Positions 57,209 to 64,000 of a DNA stretch of 64,000 bases are shown here, piece by piece. The position numbers and the translations under genes are program-made. Each line of letters begins with the position of its first letter. Position 1 is the stretch's first letter. The DNA is taken from positions 126,672 through 190,671 of IMG/VR virus record IMGVR_UViG_3300036770_006434; one strand, given 5' to 3'. Under the pieces are notes generated by a model that worked only from the letters and a program-made list of their open reading frames with translations, searched no databases and was not told where the DNA came from. This DNA is from a virus.

Positions 57209-57586
57209 TCAACCCCTACTCATGGCCCTATAATCCGCCCAAGTCTCGAATCTGTCATGCACGTGGTAAATCATCCCGCCACCCCGGGAATCCGTAGTCG
57301 CCGCCAGATTGCCGCCGGCCATCGGGCCGCACATGCCTTCGCGCTCCACATAAGGGACAAGCGCGTGATAGTTGCCGCCCCGGTGTTCGGGAAGAAAAAT
57401 AAGGTTCGCATCCACTTCCGAAACCTTGAAGTGTCCCCTTGGGTTGGGGACATAAAGCGTGTGGTTCTTAGCGGAAACCCCGCCGTTTGTGCAATCGCAT
57501 TCCGCACCGTCGTTCCAGTTGGCATAACGCGTGCGATAGACGTGAAACGGCAACAGCCGGGTGTCGGGGGAGAGAATGATTTTCAT
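57209..57586 (-). CDS. Conserved phage hypothetical protein (leaderless)
   Basis: DCTNGGVS...GPMAGGN...DSR...VHDRFET motif; TTGCGC-17-CATACT-9-ATG. Confidence 0.8.
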   Translation of the reverse strand: MKIILSPDTRLLPFHVYRTRYANWNDGAECDCTNGGVSAKNHTLYVPNPRGHFKVSEVDANLIFLPEHRGGNYHALVPYVEREGMCGPMAGGNLAATTDSRGGGMIYHVHDRFETWADYRAMSRG

Positions 57587-57651
57587 AGCGGCGACAGTAT
57601 GGCAGACCAAAGGGCGCTGCGCAATAGGGTCTTCACCCCATTTTCCCGCTC

Positions 57652-58137
57652 TTATAGCACAATCAGCGCGCCATTTATCACCGCGGCAAACCCGCGCGAA
57701 CCGGGGTAGCTGTGTCCGTAAACGGGAAACCAGTAGAGGGGCAGAGGTAAATTGCGCGCCTTTAACTCGGCAGTCATTTCCGCGATGCCTTCGCGATAGA
57801 TGGAGGATGACGAGGATAGCGCAGAAACACAGAACAGACACAGATCGTGCAGGGTATCAAACGCGTCACGGTCCCACCCCTCGACATACGAGGTGTCATC
57901 CGGGCGCATATAGGCGAATTCTAGCGGGCCGCGCTCACGATAGAGCCCTTCGCCATACAGGCCGCTACCCACGACCTTAAAGCACCGGGAGGGGGCATTA
58001 TAGCAGGTCATCCCCTCGCGGATAAGCGTTTTGTCAGGCGGGACATAGTTGGCGAGCTGGGTAAAGTCAAAGGTCCCGGCGTCAGACGCGGGAGGTAGAG
58101 AGGTGAGGGGAGAGTGGAGGATTGCGTGCGTTTGCAT
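57652..58137 (-). CDS. Hypothetical protein
   Basis: 161 aa; operonic with upstream genes. Confidence 0.7.
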   Translation of the reverse strand: MQTHAILHSPLTSLPPASDAGTFDFTQLANYVPPDKTLIREGMTCYNAPSRCFKVVGSGLYGEGLYRERGPLEFAYMRPDDTSYVEGWDRDAFDTLHDLCLFCVSALSSSSSIYREGIAEMTAELKARNLPLPLYWFPVYGHSYPGSRGFAAVINGALIVL

Positions 58138-58143
58138 AACGAA

Positions 58144-58425
58144 TCACCGCTTGGCTACCTCGGCGCCCGCAACAAGGGCACGCAGGATGTTGGCAGAGCT
58201 TGCCACGGCGTCACGATAGTCTGCATCTATCTTGCTGCCGGTAAGCGCGCGGGTGTTATCGGCTTGCGCTTTCACCTCTTTGGCAAGCTGAAACAGTTCG
58301 CTACTGACGTGCTCATTCCCCGTGCGCTCAAACGCGCGTGCCAAATCGGAGATTTGGAAGGCAATGCTTTTCAGCGCATCGGAATGGGCGAACATTGAGT
58401 CAAGCCAAGTGGTTTCGGTTTTCAT
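58144..58425 (-). CDS. Helical hypothetical protein
   Basis: 93 aa from MKTETT. Confidence 0.7.
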   Translation of the reverse strand: MKTETTWLDSMFAHSDALKSIAFQISDLARAFERTGNEHVSSELFQLAKEVKAQADNTRALTGSKIDADYRDAVASSANILRALVAGAEVAKR

Positions 58426-58430
58426 AGGGT

Positions 58431-58820
58431 TCACAGTTTCCAAATTTCCCGGTAGTCCTGCAAAACGAGCTTCCGGCAATCCGGCGGCAGGGACGCGAAC
58501 GGAATCCGACGGCCAAGGTGGCATTTGCGGCCCATCGCGGGGGCAAATCCCCAGTCATTCACATCTGCGTGACGGTTCGGGGTTTCACCCCACATTCCGA
58601 AGCCTTGCGGGCAAAACGGGTGAGTGCTCATGGCGCGGTATTGAGCAAAGGCGCGACGGTCGCCGGGAGTGCGGACAGTGCCCGCTTTGCCGGTGAAGCA
58701 GACGGTGTAACGGTCAACGGTTTCGCCGCCGTTATCATAACAGCGAACCCAACGCGGGATGCCGCCGGGCATCAGACGTTCGGCGCGAGAGGGGGAAGAG
58801 GAGGGTGTTTGGGCATTCAT
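58431..58820 (-). CDS. Conserved phage hypothetical protein
   Basis: YDNGGETVDRYTV...HPFCPQGFG...HLGRRIPFASLPPDC motif. Confidence 0.8.
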   Translation of the reverse strand: MNAQTPSSSPSRAERLMPGGIPRWVRCYDNGGETVDRYTVCFTGKAGTVRTPGDRRAFAQYRAMSTHPFCPQGFGMWGETPNRHADVNDWGFAPAMGRKCHLGRRIPFASLPPDCRKLVLQDYREIWKL

Positions 58821-58826
58821 AGGTGG

Positions 58827-59015
58827 TTAGGTCAAGCGGAACAGTCCATCGCGGGCAATGCGTTCGTGCTGCTCAATGTCGGCGGCACTCAGATCGTATG
58901 TGTGTCCATCCTTGGCAAAAATCCAGCCGCCGATTGCGTGCCAGCCGTGCGGTTCAAGGTGGTTGGCAGCCTTGAGCCAACGGGAGTATGATTGCTGTTC
59001 GGTTTCGGGTCTCAT
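58827..59015 (-). CDS. Small hypothetical protein
   Basis: 62 aa; TTGCCA promoter with palindrome 59056. Confidence 0.7.
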   Translation of the reverse strand: MRPETEQQSYSRWLKAANHLEPHGWHAIGGWIFAKDGHTYDLSAADIEQHERIARDGLFRLT

Positions 59016-59245
59016 GTTGGGCGCTACTCTAGCAGATCAAAGGGTGGGGTGGCAATAGGGTGTTTGCCCTATACTGGCGCGTCATACCCAGCCTCCCAAA
59101 ACCCAAAAGCCGCCCCCGCTCCCCGGCAAGGTGTTCAGTCTTGACAGGAGCGGAGACGGCTTAGGCGATGAAAACGTGACGCGTCCGGCGTCACTGCGGG
59201 CCACGGTTTGCGGGAAACTGCGGCGGAAATGGGTGAGCTAGGGCG

Positions 59246-59560
59246 TCACGCGACTACCTGCAAAGCCTCGGCGCGGGCGTGGAGAGTGGCGAGGTCAAGG
59301 CTGGTCTGCCCGTTGTCGTCCTGTTCTGCGGCGGCCAAATCGTCGTCATTCCACTCGGAAACGGTGGCGAGAGTGTCGCCGCGCAGGATGTTGCGGCCCC
59401 ATACCTCAACCTCCGCTTCCGTTTCCCCAGTAAGGAGTCCGCGATGACCGGCGTGATTTGCGACGTTGGAAAGGAGGTGGATCAATTCCTCTTCCGTCAC
59501 CCCATTCGGGATATACGTCACGGTGAGGGCGAGGGTCAGGGTGATGGGTTCGTTTTTCAT
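59246..59560 (-). CDS. Hypothetical protein (leaderless)
   Basis: 104 aa; TTGACA-17-TACCTT-10-ATG; no palindrome. Confidence 0.75.
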   Translation of the reverse strand: MKNEPITLTLALTVTYIPNGVTEEELIHLLSNVANHAGHRGLLTGETEAEVEVWGRNILRGDTLATVSEWNDDDLAAAEQDDNGQTSLDLATLHARAEALQVVA

Positions 59561-59607
59561 TGCGGGAGGGAAGGTAGCAGGTCGTTTCTATGGTGTCAAG
59601 AGCGTTT

Positions 59608-59808
59608 TCAGTATTTCGCCCGTATCTGAGACACACGGGTATCCGTGCCTCTCAAACGCGCGGTTGGCCTTGAATCGTCAATCGTGCCGTCGTTATTGAA
59701 TGAGGCGCGAATTTCCTCGGGATTCCCGCTAGCCGCAAACCGTTGGCCGTTCTTCAGGATAACCGTCCATAGGGGACGACCGAATTTATCGGCTTTCTGT
59801 GTTTTCAT
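59608..59808 (-). CDS. Small hypothetical protein (leaderless)
   Basis: 66 aa from MKTQK; TTGACA-18-TACCTT-8-ATG. Confidence 0.7.
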   Translation of the reverse strand: MKTQKADKFGRPLWTVILKNGQRFAASGNPEEIRASFNNDGTIDDSRPTARLRGTDTRVSQIRAKY

Positions 59809-59849
59809 GTGAGGGTAAGGTAGCGGGAGCCCCGCTTCTGTGTCAAGCC

Positions 59850-60137
59850 TCAAACCGTCCAGTTCATGCACCCAAGCAGGTAAATCTTGGCCTCGTTCCC
59901 ATCCGTGTTCATCAAATGGATCGCGCCGTCAATCAGTTTGGGCTCCATATTGTCGGCAACTGTGAAACGCTCTTCCCCGTAAGCGGTCTCAAACGAAAGG
60001 AGAGCGTCATCGTATTCCTCCCCTTCGGCGTAAATCTGAGGGAAAACAAGCGATGTTTCGTCCACGAAAAGGGCCGTTGCGCGTTCAATCTGTTTGATAA
60101 CGGACTCAAACGGGATGGTGGTAACGGAAGCATTCAT
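59850..60137 (-). CDS. Hypothetical protein
   Basis: 95 aa acidic; TTGACA/TACCTT promoter with short leader. Confidence 0.75.
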   Translation of the reverse strand: MNASVTTIPFESVIKQIERATALFVDETSLVFPQIYAEGEEYDDALLSFETAYGEERFTVADNMEPKLIDGAIHLMNTDGNEAKIYLLGCMNWTV

Positions 60138-60215
60138 GTGTTTTGGGTGTTATCGGTTTACGTTGGCTAAGGTAGCAGACGCCCCATCTATGTCAAGCCC
60201 GGAATCCGGCGCTCT

Positions 60216-60485
60216 TCAAGTGGCATCCGCGACAAACACCGTCAAATGCACATTGCGCCCGGTCGTTTCGTTGCGTCCAGTGCGGTAGCCCACGAAAGCG
60301 GAGAACTCCCCGGCGGTGCCGTCTTGGGTCCAAGACCCCAACGTGCAAGTGCGGCAGTAACCTCGGCGACCAAAGAGTTTGCGCGCTTCACGGGTGGCGA
60401 AGGTCTCGGCGGCTTCCTGCATGGAGTGGGCGCGGACAGAGCGGAAACCGGAACAGAGGTAGCGGGTGAGAGGATTAGTGTTCAT
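60216..60485 (-). CDS. Hypothetical protein (leaderless)
   Basis: 89 aa from MNTNP; CATACT-9-ATG; palindrome 60525. Confidence 0.75.
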   Translation of the reverse strand: MNTNPLTRYLCSGFRSVRAHSMQEAAETFATREARKLFGRRGYCRTCTLGSWTQDGTAGEFSAFVGYRTGRNETTGRNVHLTVFVADAT

Positions 60486-60537
60486 TGCGTCGCCAGTATG
60501 ACAGAGGATAGTGGGGAAATACAATAGGGTCTATCCC

Positions 60538-60810
60538 CTATTCGGCGACCCGCGCCGCCTTCATGGCCTCTTGCCACTCGTTTTCGCTCCCATAATAGCC
60601 ATCAAGCCGAGCATCCGCGCGAACGCCGCGCACGGTGCCCATACGCATGGGGTTCTCCATACGGACATGCCACCAGCACTTTATGCGCGCCAGAAGCCAC
60701 CAGCGGTAGACGCCAAGCAGGCGGACGCCGCCGTCCCAATAGACGCCGATATGGGTATGGACTGCCCAGCGCCGGGAGGGGGAGTAGGTGAGAGGAGGCA
60801 TGTTCTTCAT
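60538..60810 (-). CDS. Hypothetical protein (leaderless)
   Basis: 90 aa Trp-rich; TTGACG-17-TACGTT-9-ATG; TAG stop inside palindrome 60525. Confidence 0.7.
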   Translation of the reverse strand: MKNMPPLTYSPSRRWAVHTHIGVYWDGGVRLLGVYRWWLLARIKCWWHVRMENPMRMGTVRGVRADARLDGYYGSENEWQEAMKAARVAE

Positions 60811-60862
60811 GGCACCGGCAACGTAGCACGGTTTCGGGTTGCCGTCAAGTAGGGTCTATCCC

Positions 60863-61087
60863 CTATTTGCGCTTTTCCAGTGCCGCCCTCAGCCTCGCGT
60901 TCTCCGCTGCGAGTCCCGCGATGTATTCGGCCACCTCTGTTTCCAGCATAACGGATTGTGGATAGGGGGCGTAACCGTCTCTGCCGCCAAACCGGGTGGT
61001 TGTCCAGCACAAAAGGGTTCTGCCCCCTACGGTAGACGTTTCAAGGCGGAACGTTATGGGGTGGGGATGAACGAGCAGGGCACGCAT
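60863..61087 (-). CDS. Hypothetical protein
   Basis: 74 aa downstream of the tRNA; TAG stop inside palindrome 60850. Confidence 0.7.
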   Translation of the reverse strand: MRALLVHPHPITFRLETSTVGGRTLLCWTTTRFGGRDGYAPYPQSVMLETEVAEYIAGLAAENARLRAALEKRK

Positions 61088-61103
61088 GAGTAAAATTGTA
61101 AAA

Positions 61104-61206
61104 TGGTAGTCCCAACAGGATTTGAACCTGTAACGCCCTCAAATCTAGAGGCGACCTTTCGGCTGGAGGGTATAAGCCTCGTGTTTTACCGTTAAACTAT
61201 GGGACC
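61104..61206 (-). tRNA. tRNA-Ile (anticodon UAU), 103 nt, with oversized two-hairpin variable region
   Basis: Acceptor GGTCCCA/TGGGACT, D-arm GTTT-AACGGTA-AAAC, anticodon arm CGAGG-CTTATAC-CCTCC, 33-nt variable region, T-arm ACAGG-TTCAAAT-CCTGT, A73 plus encoded CCA. Confidence 0.85.
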
Positions 61207-61280
61207 AAAAGTGAAAGGGAAGACGGCGCGGCCAGTGTGTCAACTCCCCCGGCGCGCGCAATCTGCCCCGCTACCCCATC

Positions 61281-61703
61281 TCAGAACGTATAATCCCGGA
61301 TCGCCTCAATCTGCGCGAACAGGACGGCGATAGCCTCCTCGTCCTCCGCCCCGGCCCGCATCTTCATAAGTTCCTCGTCCATCTCGCTGACCAATTCGTC
61401 CCGTGCTTCCTCGGCGGCGGTGCAGCTGTAGTAGTTCCCGTCAATCCCAATCAGCGTATCTCCCAGACTATCCATATAATCATTCATCCCGCATCGGAAT
61501 GCGGTTGGATCACACTCGGCTAGAACGCGACTCGGGGACATATTGGCGAACAGACCGCCCGCGGCAAATGGATAGGTTTCGTCCAGCATTTCGGAGTAAA
61601 GCTGCTCGGCGTCAACTGACGGGACGTTGTCCTCAATGTGGTTCAACAAACGGTCAATCGCGGCGGCGCGTTGGTCGGGAGTGAGGGAGGTATCGGGATT
61701 CAT
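61281..61703 (-). CDS. Conserved phage hypothetical protein, paralog B
   Basis: MLDETY...MSPSRVLAECDPTAFRCG shared with 53924..54397. Confidence 0.8.
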   Translation of the reverse strand: MNPDTSLTPDQRAAAIDRLLNHIEDNVPSVDAEQLYSEMLDETYPFAAGGLFANMSPSRVLAECDPTAFRCGMNDYMDSLGDTLIGIDGNYYSCTAAEEARDELVSEMDEELMKMRAGAEDEEAIAVLFAQIEAIRDYTF

Positions 61704-61765
61704 GGGAATGGGTATCGTGCGTTTGGGTTGCGTCCTATCTCTAGGTTACGCCCATACTATACTGC

Positions 61766-62080
61766 CTAGCGCCGCCGCTTGTCAAGGATAGATTCCCAAA
61801 ACATGCGGTCCGCGATGGCGTCAACCCCATCAAAGAGCCGCGCCAGTTCGCCGTCCTTGGGGCCGTTCTCCCTGTTACCTGTCACTTCTGCGGCTACCCC
61901 ATCCAGCGCCGCCAACACTGCCTCGCGACACTTGTCGGTTAGCGCCTCGCGCTGTTCGTCAAACGTGGGCTGCCCGTCCTTGGCGTCAAACCCGAGGGAG
62001 CGCAGAAAAGCGGCGTCCCGGTCCATTGCTTCCCCGACCGTGAGGCCGTCGGCGCGGCGGGTGTTTCGTGTGATGTTCAT
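61766..62080 (-). CDS. Hypothetical protein
   Basis: 104 aa; TTGACA-17-GATACT promoter with about 25-nt leader. Confidence 0.75.
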   Translation of the reverse strand: MNITRNTRRADGLTVGEAMDRDAAFLRSLGFDAKDGQPTFDEQREALTDKCREAVLAALDGVAAEVTGNRENGPKDGELARLFDGVDAIADRMFWESILDKRRR

Positions 62081-62130
62081 GGCTTTGAATAGGTGTCAGC
62101 TTATCGGCGCAGAGTATCGGTTACAGTCGG

Positions 62131-62316
62131 TCACTTGTCAAGCTCCGATTCCCAGTCTTCCGCGATCCGCGCGCAAAGACGGATAAGCCGACGGGCACAT
62201 TTCTGTTCTTCATCCGAGAGGTGACCTAGATTGTTGACGCCGGACAGGTCGTCTTCGCACTCCCGGAGAGCGGCCAACGTGTTTTCAAACCGGCAGTAGG
62301 ACATATTCATAGGCAT
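62131..62316 (-). CDS. Conserved small phage protein
   Basis: NMSYCRFENTLAALREC motif. Confidence 0.75.
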   Translation of the reverse strand: MPMNMSYCRFENTLAALRECEDDLSGVNNLGHLSDEEQKCARRLIRLCARIAEDWESELDK

Positions 62317-62337
62317 GACGGTAAATGGGTAGGTCTG

Positions 62338-62679
62338 TCAGAACTGACTCGCCGCCTCCTTCTCGTCCTCCGCGCTCCAGTAAACCCCGTCCGCAGCGAC
62401 AAGGACGGGCGCATTGAACTCGATCATGCCCGGCTGGGCCTTGAAGAAGGCGAGGATTTGGGCGAGCTGCCAGTCAAGGTTCTGTGCCCGGGAGGATACG
62501 GCCCGAAATCCGATAGTAAAGGCTGTTTCAAGGCAAAAATCAAGAATGTCAAAGTCGCCACCCATCTTGCCGGCGTTTGCGTCCATAACGAAGACGCGGA
62601 AGGCGTGCATTGCTTGGATGGAATGGTCTTTGGTGTCGAAACGGACGGCGGCGCCGTCAGTGGTAGCGTAATTGGACAT
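62338..62679 (-). CDS. Hypothetical protein
   Basis: 113 aa; TTGACG-17-TACTGT promoter; palindrome 62744. Confidence 0.75.
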   Translation of the reverse strand: MSNYATTDGAAVRFDTKDHSIQAMHAFRVFVMDANAGKMGGDFDILDFCLETAFTIGFRAVSSRAQNLDWQLAQILAFFKAQPGMIEFNAPVLVAADGVYWSAEDEKEAASQF

Positions 62680-62763
62680 GGTAGGTTAGAATGGGTTGTT
62701 TCAGATCGCCGTTACAGTAGCATATCCCCGAGTATCCGTCAAGTAGGGTAAAAACCCTATCCG

Positions 62764-63102
62764 TCAGTCCCGCACTTTCTGCATCCGCGCCGCGAACGGG
62801 TCATACTCCTGTTGCGTTCCGAATTCATAGGTGCCGGGCGGAATCGTGATGGCGTCATGTCGATTTTCATGGACACAGCGGATTTTGGTCTCCACAGAAT
62901 TCTCCATGAAGAGCGTGCCAGCTTCGGTTTCGTAGAAATCGACGCCCTCCAGCGCGTCTACAACGTGATGGTTTCCAGTGGTTTCGCTGTTGGCCACGAC
63001 GACAAAAGAGTCGCGTTTGATTCGTTTCTTTTTCGCGGCAGTCGGGATGATTGAGGGGAAAACAGTAGCTTCCCCGTGCAGGATGATTTCATTTGATTTC
63101 AT
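62764..63102 (-). CDS. Small cupin-like partner of the DUF6745-type protein
   Basis: ILHGEATV...SETTGNHHVV...HENRHDAITIPPGTYEFGTQQEYDP; His-rich family usually adjacent to DUF6745 genes. Confidence 0.75.
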   Translation of the reverse strand: MKSNEIILHGEATVFPSIIPTAAKKKRIKRDSFVVVANSETTGNHHVVDALEGVDFYETEAGTLFMENSVETKIRCVHENRHDAITIPPGTYEFGTQQEYDPFAARMQKVRD

Positions 63103-63162
63103 TTGATTTCATGGTGAATTGCCTTATGGTATGCTGATTGGGTTCAAAAGTCAATGTTATTT

Positions 63163-64000
63163 TTAAGCAACCGCAACGATTTTCATATCCCGACCGCCAA
63201 ACCGCTCTTTTAGGGCGTCTTTCAGTGTGCGACAAGCCGGTGATACCGCCTCCATATGCCATATGTCAGTTGTCTGGTTCCTCATTTTTAGATACGGTTG
63301 GTATTCAAGTCCCGGAAACGCGGTTTTCATGTCAATAAGTTGATACTGGCTTTTCCACCACCAAGAATAGGCGTTTTGATCCGGGTAGTTCTCAAAAGTG
63401 TCCACGATTTGCCCCATATCAATCATGCGCTCGACTCCGAATTTGCGCACAAACTCGGCTTTTACATCAGCGTTTTTCTCCTGAGTAAAAAAATCAATGG
63501 ACAAATCTTCCGCCGGAGTCGTAACCAATTCTTTTGGAACGGTAACACCGTTAAGCGAGTAAATTTCCCAGCCATCGCGGCAGACCATTGCGGGACCGGT
63601 CTCACAATGAAGTTGACCACGCCCGTTGACGGATTGAATCAATGGGCGCTCGCACATAAAACAGATGTTTTCAAAAGGTTGCCACCATCCGGTAGATTCA
63701 GAAAGAGATAGCCAGAGGTGAAGTTTTTCTTTGTCACCCACGGAATACATGGGTTTTATGACTTCGTTTACGAAATTGTAGTATGCAGACCAAGAGGCTT
63801 CGTGTGAGCCCCAAAAATACCATGAAACATTAGTCCCCAGCTTATTCCGCAGATTAGTCTCCAGCTTATTCCCCAGATTAGCCTCCAGATTAGTCTCCAG
63901 ATTAGTCTCCAGCTTATTCCGCAGATTAGCCTCCAGATTAGTCTCCAGATTAATCCACAGATTAGTCCGCAGATTAGTCCGCAGATTAGTCTCCAGCTTA
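63163..64000 (-). CDS. DUF6745-like protein with N-terminal 4-aa repeats (5' end beyond the window)
   Basis: WYFWGSHEASWSAYYNF...ESTGWWQPFENICFMCERP...LHCETGPAM...DGWEIYSLNGVTVP; frame open to the window edge. Confidence 0.8.
   Translation of the reverse strand, partial: KLETNLRTNLRTNLWINLETNLEANLRNKLETNLETNLEANLGNKLETNLRNKLGTNVSWYFWGSHEASWSAYYNFVNEVIKPMYSVGDKEKLHLWLSLSESTGWWQPFENICFMCERPLIQSVNGRGQLHCETGPAMVCRDGWEIYSLNGVTVPKELVTTPAEDLSIDFFTQEKNADVKAEFVRKFGVERMIDMGQIVDTFENYPDQNAYSWWWKSQYQLIDMKTAFPGLEYQPYLKMRNQTTDIWHMEAVSPACRTLKDALKERFGGRDMKIVAVA
63829..64000 (-). repeat. Coding 12-bp tandem repeat (N/K-L-x-x), about 14 copies visible
   Basis: Minus-strand units such as AATCTGGAGACT and AAGCTGGAGACT translate KLETNLRTNLRTNLWINLETNLEANLRNKLETN... 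Confidence 0.9.

Larger units (their letters stand above)
41924..62759. promoter_or_regulatory. Dispersed 16-bp palindrome family: TAGGG-N6-CCCTA (24 copies) and TACGT-N6-ACGTA (4 copies)
   Basis: TAGGG type (several with a degenerate arm) starts at 41924, 48044, 48894, 49348, 49777, 50144, 51078, 51524, 52109, 53423, 53720, 54435, 54874, 55525, 56045, 56427, 56671, 56831, 57186, 57625, 59056, 60525, 60850, 62744; TACGT type at 42540, 46799, 47702, 50787. Confidence 0.9.

Noticed and set aside
42543-57709. Many + strand ORFs of 150-240 aa in the small-gene region (e.g. 42543..43247, 48207..48896, 52954..53637, 56460..57188)
   Set aside because: Arg/Pro/Gly-rich shadows opposite well-supported - strand genes that have promoters
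59141-59179. + strand TTGACA followed by CG-ATG-AAA-ACG-TGA (and ATGAAAACC at 50204)
   Set aside because: Spacing from -35 to ATG is 21 nt rather than about 31 and there is no -10 box, so it does not fit the chassis
61141-61152. CT-CTA-GA in the tRNA variable region as an amber-suppressor anticodon loop
   Set aside because: Flanks do not form an anticodon stem in that register; the UAU loop sits at the canonical position after the D-arm
41924-62759. Palindrome array as CRISPR or classical integron attC sites
   Set aside because: Intervening DNA is whole genes with promoters; sites are only 16 bp, lack the RYYYAAC/GTTRRRY attC ends, and no integrase is in the window
63829-64000. 12-bp repeats as a CRISPR array
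   Set aside because: Units are contiguous with no spacers and lie in frame within a protein gene; no cas genes seen

Overview
A 64 kb segment of a large tailed dsDNA phage, siphovirus-like, with a lambda-type L/K/I/J tail tip and an HK97-type head. The host cannot be determined from this window. (1) 1-17.2 kb, + strand: tail module with a 2062-aa tape measure protein, tail-tip genes, a central fibre ending in an S74 chaperone, and a free-standing GIY-YIG homing endonuclease. (2) 17.2-39 kb, - strand: head and packaging module (major capsid, protease-scaffold, portal, large terminase, ERCC4 nuclease, sigma-like factor), a LAGLIDADG endonuclease, a lipoprotein with three TM helices (one-piece spanin candidate), a second fibre cluster and PhoH. 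(3) 39-42 kb: small accessory genes (T5orf172, Hsp20, DUF4326). (4) 42-64 kb: about 45 small leftward genes. About 30 have their own sigma70-type promoter whose -10 box lies only 6-10 nt before the start codon, i.e. apparently leaderless. Most of these promoters are preceded by a 16-bp palindrome, TAGGG-N6-CCCTA or TACGT-N6-ACGTA (28 copies counted by eye), often overlapping the stop codon of the previous gene. A gene-free 1.5 kb stretch (44.3-45.8 kb) is packed with divergent and convergent promoters and repeats. There is also a 103-nt tRNA-Ile(UAU) with a branched variable arm and a DUF6745-like gene with 12-bp repeats running off the right edge. Family calls come from recognising motifs by eye; no database searches were run.
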